Source: Synergistales bacterium (GTDB lineage: Bacteria > Synergistota > Synergistia > Synergistales > JAFGMB01). Taken from it: DNA of 64,000 bases. Under the pieces are notes generated by a model. The model was not told the DNA's origin. It was given only the letters and a program-made list of their open reading frames with translations, and searched no databases. Shown here piece after piece: positions 28,767 through 38,427 of this stretch. A program made the position numbers and the translations under genes. Position 1 is the stretch's first letter. Each line of letters starts with the position of its first letter. Location of the stretch: positions 2,176,001 to 2,240,000 of the forward strand of contig OY762654.1 in assembly GCA_963666205.1 (NCBI GenBank). The letters run 5' to 3'.

Positions 28767-30641
28767 TTGAGTAAGAAAGCTATTTTAATGGGCAATGAAG
28801 CAATTGCCAGGGGTGTTGTAGAGGCCGGATGTGAAGTGGCAAGCGCATACCCGGGTACCCCCTCTTCAGAAATACTTCCAGCTATTGCAAAATATTCTGA
28901 TGAACTGGAAACGAATACACAGGTGGAATGGGGTGCCAATGAGAAAGTGGCCTACGAGACCGCCCTGGGAGCTACCTTTGCGGGAAAAAGGTCCTGTGCT
29001 GTAATGAAACAGGTAGGGCTGGACGTTGCAGCTGATCCGTTTATGACCTCAGCGAACTTTGAACTGAATGGCGGATTTATCGTGATTGTATCCGATGATC
29101 CCGGTTGTCACGCTTCCCAGACCGACCAGGACTGTCGTTATTTTGCCATGTATGCCAGGATACCCTGTTTTGATCCCAGCGATGCAAGAGAGGCCAGGGA
29201 AATGGTTTTCGATGCATTTGAAGTATCTGAGAAATACAAAGTGGTTACCATGCTCAGGCCAACCACGAGGGTGGATCACTGCAGGCAGGATGTGGAACTC
29301 GGAGAAGTGCGGAAACTTCATAACCCTGCGCACTTTGAGAGGAAACCCTACGCCGGGATGATCCATTTCCCTGCGAGGCTTGACCGGGAATCCATCCCCA
29401 TGAGGAATAAACGTTACTCCAGGATCCAGGAGGATTTTGAAACAGCCTTCCCGAAATATAACTATGAAATACCGGCAAAGGGTAAGGCTTCTCTCGGTGT
29501 TATTGCGGGAGGAATCTGTTTCTCCACGGTAATGGATAGTCTGAAGAGCCTTGACAGAGAAGATGTTTCTGTCCTTAAAATAGGGACTCCCGTACCATTG
29601 CCGCTGAAAATGGTTGAGGATTTCATTGCACGACATGATAAAGTTATCGTTTTTGAGGAGACCTATCCTGTAATAGAAATGCAGATATCTGACAGGAACA
29701 GCATTATGGGACGATGGAATGGTCATGTGCCTATGGACAGGGAATTGACCATAGATGTGATAAGAACCTATCTTCTGAAGGCTTTGGGAGAAGAGACAGC
29801 ATCTTCAGATTCAATTGAAAAACTTCAACAGGCCCAGAAAGAACTCGGACTTTTTGTCCGGCCTCCACGTCTGTGTCCCGGATGCGGTCACAGACCCAGT
29901 TATTCTTCGATCAGAAAAGCTTATCCGAACGCTATCGTCTGTAGTGACATCGGATGCTACAGTCTCTCCAAGCAGCAGAATGCCATTGACACCATAATAA
30001 GCATGGGAGCGTCAATAACAGTGGCCTCAGGTATGTACCTGGCCCACAAGGCAGATGGGAAGGGTACTGACCGCCCCATCTTTGCTACACTTGGTGATTC
30101 AACGTTCTATCATAATGGTATGACCGGTCTTACCACCGCTGTATATAACAGGCATGCTTTTGTCCTGGGGATCATGGATAACAGTATTACTGCTATGACA
30201 GGAGGCCAGGATCATCCTGGCAGCGGAAGCAAGATGAGAAAAAATGAACAAGGTGTTATTGTTCCCCTTGAGGATGCAGTTAAAGGCTGTGGTGTGAAAT
30301 ATGTAAAAGTGGTTGAAGCCTATGAGCTGAAGAATAATGTACAGGTGGTCAAGGAAGCCTGGGAATATGCAAGATCCAATGAGGAACCTGCAGTCATAAT
30401 CTTCCGTCATCCCTGTCTGACCAAATTGAAAGTAAAACAGGAGCAGCATCCGGTGAAAGTGGATCAGGATAAGTGTGTTGGATGCCGCTACTGTATCGAT
30501 TTCTTCAACTGCCCCGGCCTTGCATTCGATGAGGAAAAGAAAAAGGCCTACATCGATGAGAGGTTCTGTATCAGTTGTGGCGTCTGTGTCGAGATCTGTC
30601 CTGTGGGAGCAATTGTACCTGTAAAGGAGGATGATGAATAA
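28767..30641 (+). CDS. iorA: Indolepyruvate:ferredoxin oxidoreductase alpha subunit
   Basis: MGNEAIARG, YPGTPSSEI, RPPRLCPGCGHR, GDSTFYH TPP motif, C-terminal ferredoxin Cys motifs. Confidence 0.92.
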   Translation: MSKKAILMGNEAIARGVVEAGCEVASAYPGTPSSEILPAIAKYSDELETNTQVEWGANEKVAYETALGATFAGKRSCAVMKQVGLDVAADPFMTSANFELNGGFIVIVSDDPGCHASQTDQDCRYFAMYARIPCFDPSDAREAREMVFDAFEVSEKYKVVTMLRPTTRVDHCRQDVELGEVRKLHNPAHFERKPYAGMIHFPARLDRESIPMRNKRYSRIQEDFETAFPKYNYEIPAKGKASLGVIAGGICFSTVMDSLKSLDREDVSVLKIGTPVPLPLKMVEDFIARHDKVIVFEETYPVIEMQISDRNSIMGRWNGHVPMDRELTIDVIRTYLLKALGEETASSDSIEKLQQAQKELGLFVRPPRLCPGCGHRPSYSSIRKAYPNAIVCSDIGCYSLSKQQNAIDTIISMGASITVASGMYLAHKADGKGTDRPIFATLGDSTFYHNGMTGLTTAVYNRHAFVLGIMDNSITAMTGGQDHPGSGSKMRKNEQGVIVPLEDAVKGCGVKYVKVVEAYELKNNVQVVKEAWEYARSNEEPAVIIFRHPCLTKLKVKQEQHPVKVDQDKCVGCRYCIDFFNCPGLAFDEEKKKAYIDERFCISCGVCVEICPVGAIVPVKEDDE

Positions 30642-31201
30642 TGCAGTTCATCATAGTTGGTATTGGTGGTCAGGGAATCCTTTTTACAAGCAAGGTTCTT
30701 GGTCATATTGCCCTTAAAAAAGGACAGAAGGTAGTGGGTAGTGAAGTTCATGGAATGTCACAGAGAGGCGGTTCAGTAATAAGCCATTACAAGATAGGAG
30801 AATATAGCGCTCCCCTTGTTCTTAAGGGACAGGCAGACATTCTTCTGGCTTTCGATCAGATGGAGGCATTAAGGAACTTTGATTTCCTCAGAGAAGGGGG
30901 TCAGGCAATTGTCAATATCCATGATGCCAGATCTTTTGAGAACGATAGTCTGAAAACCTATCTGAGCGAGAGGGAAATAATAATCCACAAGATCGAGGGA
31001 TATGAGATCCTTAAAGAACATATGAAGGGAAACTTCCTTTTCCTCAATGTTCTTATCCTTGGTGCCATGTGTGGAGCCGGGCTTGGAAATGTCACGATAG
31101 ATGAAGTTAAGGAGGCTATCGCAGAACTTGCTCCTGCCAGGTTCCTGGATGCCAACCTCAAGGTGCTCGAACTGGGATATGCAGCCCTGAAAACAAGCTA
31201 G
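30641..31201 (+). CDS. iorB: Indolepyruvate:ferredoxin oxidoreductase beta subunit
   Basis: GIGGQG, SEVHGMSQRGGSV; translationally coupled to iorA. Confidence 0.92.
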   Translation: MQFIIVGIGGQGILFTSKVLGHIALKKGQKVVGSEVHGMSQRGGSVISHYKIGEYSAPLVLKGQADILLAFDQMEALRNFDFLREGGQAIVNIHDARSFENDSLKTYLSEREIIIHKIEGYEILKEHMKGNFLFLNVLILGAMCGAGLGNVTIDEVKEAIAELAPARFLDANLKVLELGYAALKTS

Positions 31202-31300
31202 TTAACCGGATTTCTGAAGGGGGGGTATATCGCTCCCCCTTTTTGCTATACTCTGGATCCAGGATCGACTTTGTTAAAATACTGGAATGGAGGTCTGAAA

Positions 31301-32506
31301 ATGCAGGAACCCTGGAAAGATCTTTTAAGTACTGGAGCAAAGAACGTACAAACTTCACCCATCAGAGAAATGGTAAAGCTTATCAGGCAACCGGGGATGA
31401 TATCATTTGCCGGCGGAATGCCTGATCCTGCTATCTTTCCCATTGATGAATTTTATGAATGTGCCGGGATATTGAGGGAAAAGGGCACAGATGTCCTTCA
31501 GTATGGAGCAACTGACGGTTACGCCCCCCTCAAGGATTTTCTGGCTGAGTGGACCGGCCCCAGGATGGGAAGAAAGATCCTGACTGAGGAAATACTTATT
31601 ACTGCCGGTTCCATTCAGGTGGTTGATCTTCTTAATCTTGTAATGATAGACAGGGGAGACTACATAGTAATAGAAGAACCGACCTTTATGGGTACTACTG
31701 CCAATATGCATAATCATGGAGCTAAATTCCTCTCTATATCCTGTGATGAGAGTGGAATGGAAGTGGATAAACTTCCCGGAATTATAGACAAGGCCAGATC
31801 CGAAGGAAAAAGGATCAAGTATATATACACCATTCCAAACTTCCAGAATCCACTTGGTTGTACCATGACCCTCGAAAGAAGGAAAAAACTTGTTGAGGTA
31901 GCCCACAGATATGATCTCATGATCCTTGAAGATGACCCTTACGGCTATGTCCGTTTTGACGGTGAGCATGAGCCGACACTTTTCTCCCTCGATGACAGGG
32001 GTATAGTCCTTTATGCCGGTTCATTTTCCAAGATCCTTGCTCCTGGTACCAGGGTTGGCTGGTGCACGGGGCCGCAAGCCTTGATCAAACTGATGCAGAG
32101 CTTTAAACAGGGTGTTGATGTATCAACAAGCGTCGTAGCCCAGGCCCTTGTTTCAGAATACTGTCGAAAGGGATATCTGGATTCCTTCCTTCCCAGAATA
32201 ATAAGCCATTATAGGAGGAAGCGGGATCTCATGGAAGAAGGTTTCCGTAAATATCTTCCCCTGGAAAAAGTGAAGTATGTTACTCCCCAGGGAGGATTTT
32301 TCTACTGGCTTCAAACTCCTGATATTTCCACCAAGGCTCTTTTTGAAAGGGCCATAGACAAAAAAGTGGCCTTTGTTCCTGGTGATGCTTTTTATCCTGG
32401 AGGTGGTCCTGACAGCAATTTCAGGGTCTGCTATACCTTTGCTTCTGCTCATGATATGGAAGAGGGTATCAGAAGACTTGCCGAAGCCATGGCGGAGCTC
32501 CTCTGA
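31301..32506 (+). CDS. PLP-dependent class I/II aminotransferase (2-aminoadipate/aromatic type)
   Basis: ISFAGGMP, LQYG, PNFQNPLG, EDDPYG, GSFSKILAPG.R.GW. Confidence 0.92.
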   Translation: MQEPWKDLLSTGAKNVQTSPIREMVKLIRQPGMISFAGGMPDPAIFPIDEFYECAGILREKGTDVLQYGATDGYAPLKDFLAEWTGPRMGRKILTEEILITAGSIQVVDLLNLVMIDRGDYIVIEEPTFMGTTANMHNHGAKFLSISCDESGMEVDKLPGIIDKARSEGKRIKYIYTIPNFQNPLGCTMTLERRKKLVEVAHRYDLMILEDDPYGYVRFDGEHEPTLFSLDDRGIVLYAGSFSKILAPGTRVGWCTGPQALIKLMQSFKQGVDVSTSVVAQALVSEYCRKGYLDSFLPRIISHYRRKRDLMEEGFRKYLPLEKVKYVTPQGGFFYWLQTPDISTKALFERAIDKKVAFVPGDAFYPGGGPDSNFRVCYTFASAHDMEEGIRRLAEAMAELL

Positions 32507-32608
32507 TTCCTGATATGGGGATCTCATTTTCGACAGATCAGGGAGTTGTTATATACTGAAAAGGGAGTCTGTTGTTATACTTTCTTTTCTCCAGAGGAGG
32601 GTTATGTT

Positions 32609-33325
32609 TTGAAATATGAGATCGAAAAGGAAGTCTTTGCGCGTTACCCGGGGTATTGCAGGGCAGTACTTCTTTGCAGAGGTGTTGATAATACCGGTGA
32701 AGATGTAGCTCTTCTGGAACAGCTCAGGAACTGGGAAAATGATATAAGAAATAACCAGGGTATGGCCGAATACAAGGAAAATCCGAATATTGCTTCGTGG
32801 AGAGAAACATTCCGTTCCATGGGACTTAATCCCAATAAATATCCTCCCTCAATTGCCAATCTCATCAAGAGGACCTACGGGGGGAAGGATCTTCCTTTCA
32901 TCAATAAACTTGTGACCATTTTCAATATAATAAGCCTGAAGTACATCACCCCATGTGGAGGAGATGACCTCGATGTGGTTACAGGTTCAATAAGGCTCGG
33001 AATTGCTTCGGGTGAAGAGGAATATGTTCCTCTTGGACAGCCGGATAAAATAGAACATCCTTCTGAAGGGGAAGTCATATACTATGATACGGGAAATAAT
33101 GACGTATTCTGCAGGGGCTGGTGCTGGAAAAATGGTGACAGAAGCAAGATAGTGCCGGAAACAGTTAATGTGGCTATCAACATCGAAGGCATGCCTCCCG
33201 TTACTAAGACTGATCTAACGAATATTTCAAAAGAGCTGGCTCAAATGGTAGAGAGTCATTGCGGTGGTTCAACTCAGATCTTTCTGTTAACAGAGAATGA
33301 TCCTTCTTTTGAAATAGAACTTTAA
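32609..33325 (+). CDS. Standalone B3/4 (PheRS editing domain-like) protein
   Basis: WRETF...G.NP.KYPPS...L.KR, LPFINKLV..N..SL, P.GGDD, WCWK. Confidence 0.85.
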   Translation: MKYEIEKEVFARYPGYCRAVLLCRGVDNTGEDVALLEQLRNWENDIRNNQGMAEYKENPNIASWRETFRSMGLNPNKYPPSIANLIKRTYGGKDLPFINKLVTIFNIISLKYITPCGGDDLDVVTGSIRLGIASGEEEYVPLGQPDKIEHPSEGEVIYYDTGNNDVFCRGWCWKNGDRSKIVPETVNVAINIEGMPPVTKTDLTNISKELAQMVESHCGGSTQIFLLTENDPSFEIEL

Positions 33326-33342
33326 GAAATCCAGGAAGGGAT

Positions 33343-34254
33343 GTGGATAGGTTGTTTCGAAATTACCAGGAGATGATCGAAAAGGCAAGATCCCTTGGTC
33401 CGGTAAGCATGAGCGTTGCAGTTGCCCAGGACAGGGATGTGCTTGAGGCCGTAAAAATGGCTGAAGATGCAGGCATAGCAAGGGCCATTCTTGTGGGGAA
33501 CGAGGACGCCATTCGCTCCAGGGCAGATGAAGTTGGTCTTAGAAGGGATATGGAAATAATCCATGAAGGGGATGATTTCAAGGCCGCTCTCAAGGCTGTG
33601 GAACTTGTCTCTACAGGCAGAGCCGGGATCCTTATGAAGGGGCTTGTTAATACGAGTGTTTTCATGAAAGCAGTTCTGGATAAGGAAGTGGGATTGAGAA
33701 CGGGTAATCTTTTGAGTCATCTGGCTGTGTTTGAGATCCCCAATGCGAAAAAACTACTATTCCATACGGATGGGGGTATCAATGTAGCCCCTGATCTCGA
33801 ACAGAAAAAACAGATACTCATAAATGCTCTTTATGCTCTTAAGGAGATGGGGGTTATCAATCCAAAGGTGGCAGTGCTTACAGCAAACGAAAAGGTGAGT
33901 GAAAAAATGCCTGCTACTGTGGATGCTTCGAAACTGACAATGATGAATAATGACGGGCTTATCCCCGTATCCTGTGTTCTGGAAGGGCCCATAGCCCTTG
34001 ATGTTGCCACTGATCCCCATGCTGCTGAGCATAAGGGCATTGCCAGCAGGATCACCGGCGAAGTGGATCTTCTCCTTTTCCCGAATATTGAAGCGGGGAA
34101 CATTATGGGCAAGACCCTTATTCATTATGCCGGGGCCAAGATGGCGGGTATAGTTCTTGGAACTTCTCACCCTGTAGTCCTGGCTTCAAGGGCTGAAACA
34201 GCCGAGGGAAAACTCAATTCCATAGCTCTCGCGGCTCTTGCCGTTAAAAGGTAA
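33343..34254 (+). CDS. ptb: Phosphate butyryltransferase / phosphate acyltransferase
   Basis: LMKGLVNT, LLSH, TDGGIN..P, EGPIALD.A, PNIEAGN, SRA. Confidence 0.85.
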   Translation: MDRLFRNYQEMIEKARSLGPVSMSVAVAQDRDVLEAVKMAEDAGIARAILVGNEDAIRSRADEVGLRRDMEIIHEGDDFKAALKAVELVSTGRAGILMKGLVNTSVFMKAVLDKEVGLRTGNLLSHLAVFEIPNAKKLLFHTDGGINVAPDLEQKKQILINALYALKEMGVINPKVAVLTANEKVSEKMPATVDASKLTMMNNDGLIPVSCVLEGPIALDVATDPHAAEHKGIASRITGEVDLLLFPNIEAGNIMGKTLIHYAGAKMAGIVLGTSHPVVLASRAETAEGKLNSIALAALAVKR

Positions 34255-34264
34255 TTTTATTGAG

Positions 34265-34315
34265 TTTCAAACAGAAAGGGAGGGAAATATAATTTCCCTC
34301 CCTTTCTGTTTGAAA
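34265..34315. terminator. Long perfect inverted repeat (24-bp arms) after ptb
   Basis: TTTCAAACAGAAAGGGAGGGAAAT-ATA-ATTTCCCTCCCTTTCTGTTTGAAA. Confidence 0.75.
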
Positions 34316-34595
34316 TCCCGTTCTTTTCGTAAATCTACAGAATTTACGATCTATACGATCGACTATAAGACAGAATATGCGCTAAAGAAAAAATTGCAGG
34401 ACAAGCTCTCTCTGCCTGGAAATGGAGTTAACAGGATAGAACTCCAGGTACCCAACCTCCTCGAAAATTATCCGTTTATCGATGAACTGGATCACAGGGA
34501 CACTTTTTTGTAAATTCATGGTTCCAGTCACCGTATCAAGGACCGGTTACAATAATTTCCAGACTCGGAGGAGTTACTGAATTGAGGTGATCCAT

Positions 34596-35024
34596 ATGCT
34601 GGTTGAAAAAGCGAAGGATTATTATCTGAATCATGAACTTAACTGCGCAGAGAGTCTCCTGAATGCAGCTAATGATATCTATGACCTTGATATCGAAAAA
34701 AATGGTTTAAGGATAATGGCTGCCTTCGGGGGTGGAATGGGTATAGAGAGTGTCTGCGGGGCCATAACAGGAGCCCTGGCGGCACTCTCGGTTATGTTCT
34801 GTGAGAACAAGGCTCACGAAAGTCCAGAACTTAAAGAACTCTGCAGGGGCTACTTTGCTGAATTCGAGGAGAAATATCATAGTAATATCTGTTCGCAACT
34901 CAAGGAAAAGTACAGGACCGAAGATGAGAAATGTCTGAAAGTAATAGAGATAGCTGCAGAACTGCTTGAAAAAGTGGTAAAAGAAGAACAGATACGAGTA
35001 AGACAGCAGGAAAATGTGCTCTAA
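34596..35024 (+). CDS. C_GCAxxG_C_C family putative redox protein
   Basis: NCAES, FGGGMG..SVCGAITG, ICSQL, KC. Confidence 0.88.
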   Translation: MLVEKAKDYYLNHELNCAESLLNAANDIYDLDIEKNGLRIMAAFGGGMGIESVCGAITGALAALSVMFCENKAHESPELKELCRGYFAEFEEKYHSNICSQLKEKYRTEDEKCLKVIEIAAELLEKVVKEEQIRVRQQENVL

Positions 35025-35159
35025 AAGATAATCGGGGGACCTTTTCTTAAATGAACATCCCCCGATATACCAGTTTCTTTCAACCATGCAAGATGACATC
35101 AACCAATTGTCCATTCCGAGATCATTCACCTGGTAAAACAGCGAACCTGGTGAAGCCAT

Positions 35160-36485
35160 AAGAGTTTTCCCAACCCCTTCATAGTAAAAACCTGCATTGT
35201 AGATCCCAATGGGATGATACATGTTCCTGAAGTCAAAAAATTGTCTTCCTTTCATAATTTCCCCGAGTCATTGAAGGTCAATTCTCCTGAACTGATTTCA
35301 GTCTGTGAGTATTACCACTGCATCTGCTCCGGTACATGCATCATATTCGTCAGAAGAGTAGGACACGAAGGGATCATATTCTTTAAGGGCTTTTCTTGTT
35401 TCGGGAACCCCCTTCGGATCATAGGCTCTGATATTCGCGCCTGCGTTTACGAGGTTTGAGATTATAGCCAGAGAAGGGGATTCTCTAACATCAACGGTTT
35501 CTGCTTTGAAGCTGAGGCCAAGGATGGCAATGACCTCTCCATCAATGTATCCCTCAAAGGCTTCCGTTATTTTATAGACCATTCTGAGTTCTGGTTATCA
35601 TTTGCCAGTATTTCACTTTTGACGATAGAAACTTCCAGATCATTATCCCTTGCCATGCAGGTCAGAGTCCTGGTATCCCGGGTAAAGCTGCTTCCTCCAT
35701 ATCCCGGTCCCGGATGCAGAAATTCTGAACTTATCCATCCCCATTGTTTTTACCAGTTGATGGACGTCTGCGCCTACAGCTTCACAAAGGTTAGCCATTT
35801 AGTTAATGAAGGCAATTTTTGTTGCAAGGAAGGCGCTGTAGGCATATTTGATGAGTTAAGCTGTTTCTGGATTTGTTATTACAAAGGATATATCGTTCAG
35901 CTTGAGAGGGCTGTAGATACTTTTCATGATCTGTGAGGTTTCAAGATGATCGGAACCCATGACTATCCGGTCGGGATGGGTGAAGTCATAAAGCGCACTT
36001 CCTTGTCTGAGGAATTCCGGATTCGAGACCACATCAAATGTATGGATGAGCACTCTTTTGGATAATTTTTCTTCGATGATGCTGGCTATCTTACGGGATG
36101 TTCCGACAGGCACTGTTGAATTTTCAACGATTATCTTGTGATCTTCCATTATCCTTCCTATGGATGCTGCTACCTGCCAGACTGCTTACATGTCTGCTGA
36201 ACCGTCTGAAAGAGAGGGAGTTTCCTTGCACATGAAGATTACGTTGCTGTTTCTGATAACGGTATCTATTTTGCATGAAAAATCTATCCTTTCCAGGTTT
36301 CTGACCCGGTCAAAAACTACTTCCAATCCTGGTTCGTAAACAGGGATTTCACTCCTGTTGAGGGATTGGATCTTTTCATGGTCCATATCTGCGCAACTAA
36401 TATGAAAACCGAAATCTGCCAGGCAAATTGAGGTAACAAGGCGTGCATATCCTGTTCCGATAACACCTATCCTTAATTCCTGCAT
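35160..36485 (-). pseudogene. ugd: UDP-glucose/GDP-mannose 6-dehydrogenase pseudogene (3' boundary approximate)
   Basis: Collinear fragments IGTGY, STVPVGT, SNPEFLRQG, LIKYA, GPGYGGS, GLSFK..D.RESP, broken by stops at 36186, 35856, 35799 and 35298 plus frameshifts. Confidence 0.9.
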
Positions 36486-36770
36486 TTTTTCACCATAATA
36501 GAACCTCCGTTATTGAAAGGACTGTAGTTCTACATTCCAATGTCGATTACTAATTATAGAGAAGGAAAATGAAGGAGAGGTTACATAAAGGTAAAGGCTG
36601 GGAAACATCTTATTTATTTGGAGGCTGACTGAAAAAAGAGGGAGTGAAAGTCTTTGTTACAGAGCTGCAATGTATATTTCAAAGATATGTAACACAGGAT
36701 TGATAAACTTCATAAAGAAAGATCATCGAAAGGGTTGATATGCCCTATCAGAATTCAAGGAGTGAGTAAA

Positions 36771-38324
36771 ATGAGAATCATCAACAGATTCAGAAGAACC
36801 GGTTTTTCTCTAGTATTGGCAGTCTTCGTTGTTAGTCTTTTTATCTGCTTAGGAAACTCCTCTGTTTTTGCTGCAGAAAAAGCGAAATACGTTTTCATGA
36901 TGATAGGTGACGGTCTTGCTCTTACCCAGAGGAATGCCGCAGAGATTTACCTTGCTGCTTCCAAGGGCGAAAGCCCTAAACCAGGTATAGTTAAGCTTAA
37001 CATGAGCAAACTCCCTGTCCAGGGTATGTGTACAACCTACTCAGCTAATTCCATCATTACAGATTCTGCTGCTGCCGGAACTGCCCTTTCAACGGGACAC
37101 AAGACAAAATCTGGTGTCATAGCTATGGATCCCGGTGGTAACGAAAGATTTCCTATAATTACCGAAATGGCCAAGGCTGCAGGAATGAAGATCGGCATAA
37201 TCTCCACAGTGGATATAGATCATGCTACTCCTGCAAGCTACTACGCTCATCAGCCCACAAGGAATAATTACTACGAGATCTCCATGGAACTTGCCAGTAG
37301 TGGTTTTGATTACTTTGCTGGCGGAGATGTAAAAAAACCCACAGGAAACAAGAAAGACCAGCCCAGTTCCATCGAGGCTATTGAAAAGGCCGGCTACAAG
37401 AGGATTACAGACAGGGAGAGCTTCCTTGCCCTTAAGGCGGGTGAAGGTAAAGTCATGGCGGTTAATCCAGTTCTGGATGGTTCCAAAGCTATGCCCTACT
37501 ATATGGACCGTTCAGATAAGGAGATCACTATTGCTGAATTCACCAGGAAGGGTATAGAGCTTCTAGACAATCCCAAAGGCTTTTTCATGATGATAGAGGG
37601 TGGAAAGATTGACTGGGCTTGCCACGCCAATGATGCCGTTGCTTCCATAACCAATACAATAGCTTTTGATGAGGCGGTGGGAGTTGCCCTCGAATTTTAC
37701 AATAAAAATCCTGAAGAAACCCTCATCATAGTGACCGGTGATCACGAAACCGGCGGTATGACCATTGGTTTTGCGGGGACCCAGTATGATACCTTCTTTG
37801 ACAAGCTGAGCAACCAGAAGGTTTCCTACGAGGCTTTTGACAAGGTTATAGCCGATATGAGGAAGAATGCCAATGCTGAATTTGAAGATGTCCTTCCCCT
37901 CATAAATGAGTATTTCGGACTTAAAGTCTACACTGCAGAGAAGATAAGGGAGCTCAATGAGAAAGCCAAAACTGGAGATGCAGTGGCAAAGTCAGCTCTT
38001 GGAATGGCCCTCAAGGATTATGAAGTTGACCAGCTAAAGGCTTCTTTCTCTCAGAGCATGATCGGAAAGAAAGAAAGATCCAAGGACGATGAGACCTACC
38101 TTCTTTACGGCGGATATGAGCCTCTTTCCGTTAACATCACCCACATCCTCAACCAGAAAGCGGGTCTTGCATGGACCTCCTACTCTCACACAGGTGTTCC
38201 CGTGCCAGTTTCAGCGATCGGTGCCGGTGCAGAGATCTTCAATGGATATTATGATAACACGGATATTTTCTACAGGACTGTCCAGGTTATGGGAATCGGG
38301 GTCCGTAAGGTTGCCTCGAAATAA
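36771..38324 (+). CDS. phoA: Secreted alkaline phosphatase (PhoA family)
   Basis: Signal peptide; IGDG, TDSAAAGTAL, HATPA, EGGKIDWACH, TGDHETGG. Confidence 0.92.
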   Translation: MRIINRFRRTGFSLVLAVFVVSLFICLGNSSVFAAEKAKYVFMMIGDGLALTQRNAAEIYLAASKGESPKPGIVKLNMSKLPVQGMCTTYSANSIITDSAAAGTALSTGHKTKSGVIAMDPGGNERFPIITEMAKAAGMKIGIISTVDIDHATPASYYAHQPTRNNYYEISMELASSGFDYFAGGDVKKPTGNKKDQPSSIEAIEKAGYKRITDRESFLALKAGEGKVMAVNPVLDGSKAMPYYMDRSDKEITIAEFTRKGIELLDNPKGFFMMIEGGKIDWACHANDAVASITNTIAFDEAVGVALEFYNKNPEETLIIVTGDHETGGMTIGFAGTQYDTFFDKLSNQKVSYEAFDKVIADMRKNANAEFEDVLPLINEYFGLKVYTAEKIRELNEKAKTGDAVAKSALGMALKDYEVDQLKASFSQSMIGKKERSKDDETYLLYGGYEPLSVNITHILNQKAGLAWTSYSHTGVPVPVSAIGAGAEIFNGYYDNTDIFYRTVQVMGIGVRKVASK

Positions 38325-38369
38325 TAGAGTTTTTCAGATTTTGGACTACAATTTTTAATTTTATTTTTC

Positions 38370-38399
38370 CAAGGCAGGCGATATTCTTCGCCTGCCTTG
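38370..38399 (+). terminator. Stem-loop after phoA
   Basis: CAAGGCAGGCGA..TCGCCTGCCTTG. Confidence 0.6.
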
Positions 38400-38427
38400 C
38401 CTTTAGCAGAAAGCAGGTAAAATAATT

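Noticed and set aside
34596-35024. C_GCAxxG_C_C protein as a third selenoprotein
   Set aside because: All motif positions are Cys codons and there is no in-frame TGA in the CDS.
34707-35255. 182-aa minus-strand ORF
   Set aside because: Its first part is the ugd C-terminus reading through into the antisense strand of the C_GCAxxG_C_C gene, so it is not an independent gene.
35298-35300. TGA in ugd as possible selenocysteine
   Set aside because: It aligns with a conserved Trp (TEW) in a gene that also has TAA stops and frameshifts, so it is ordinary decay.
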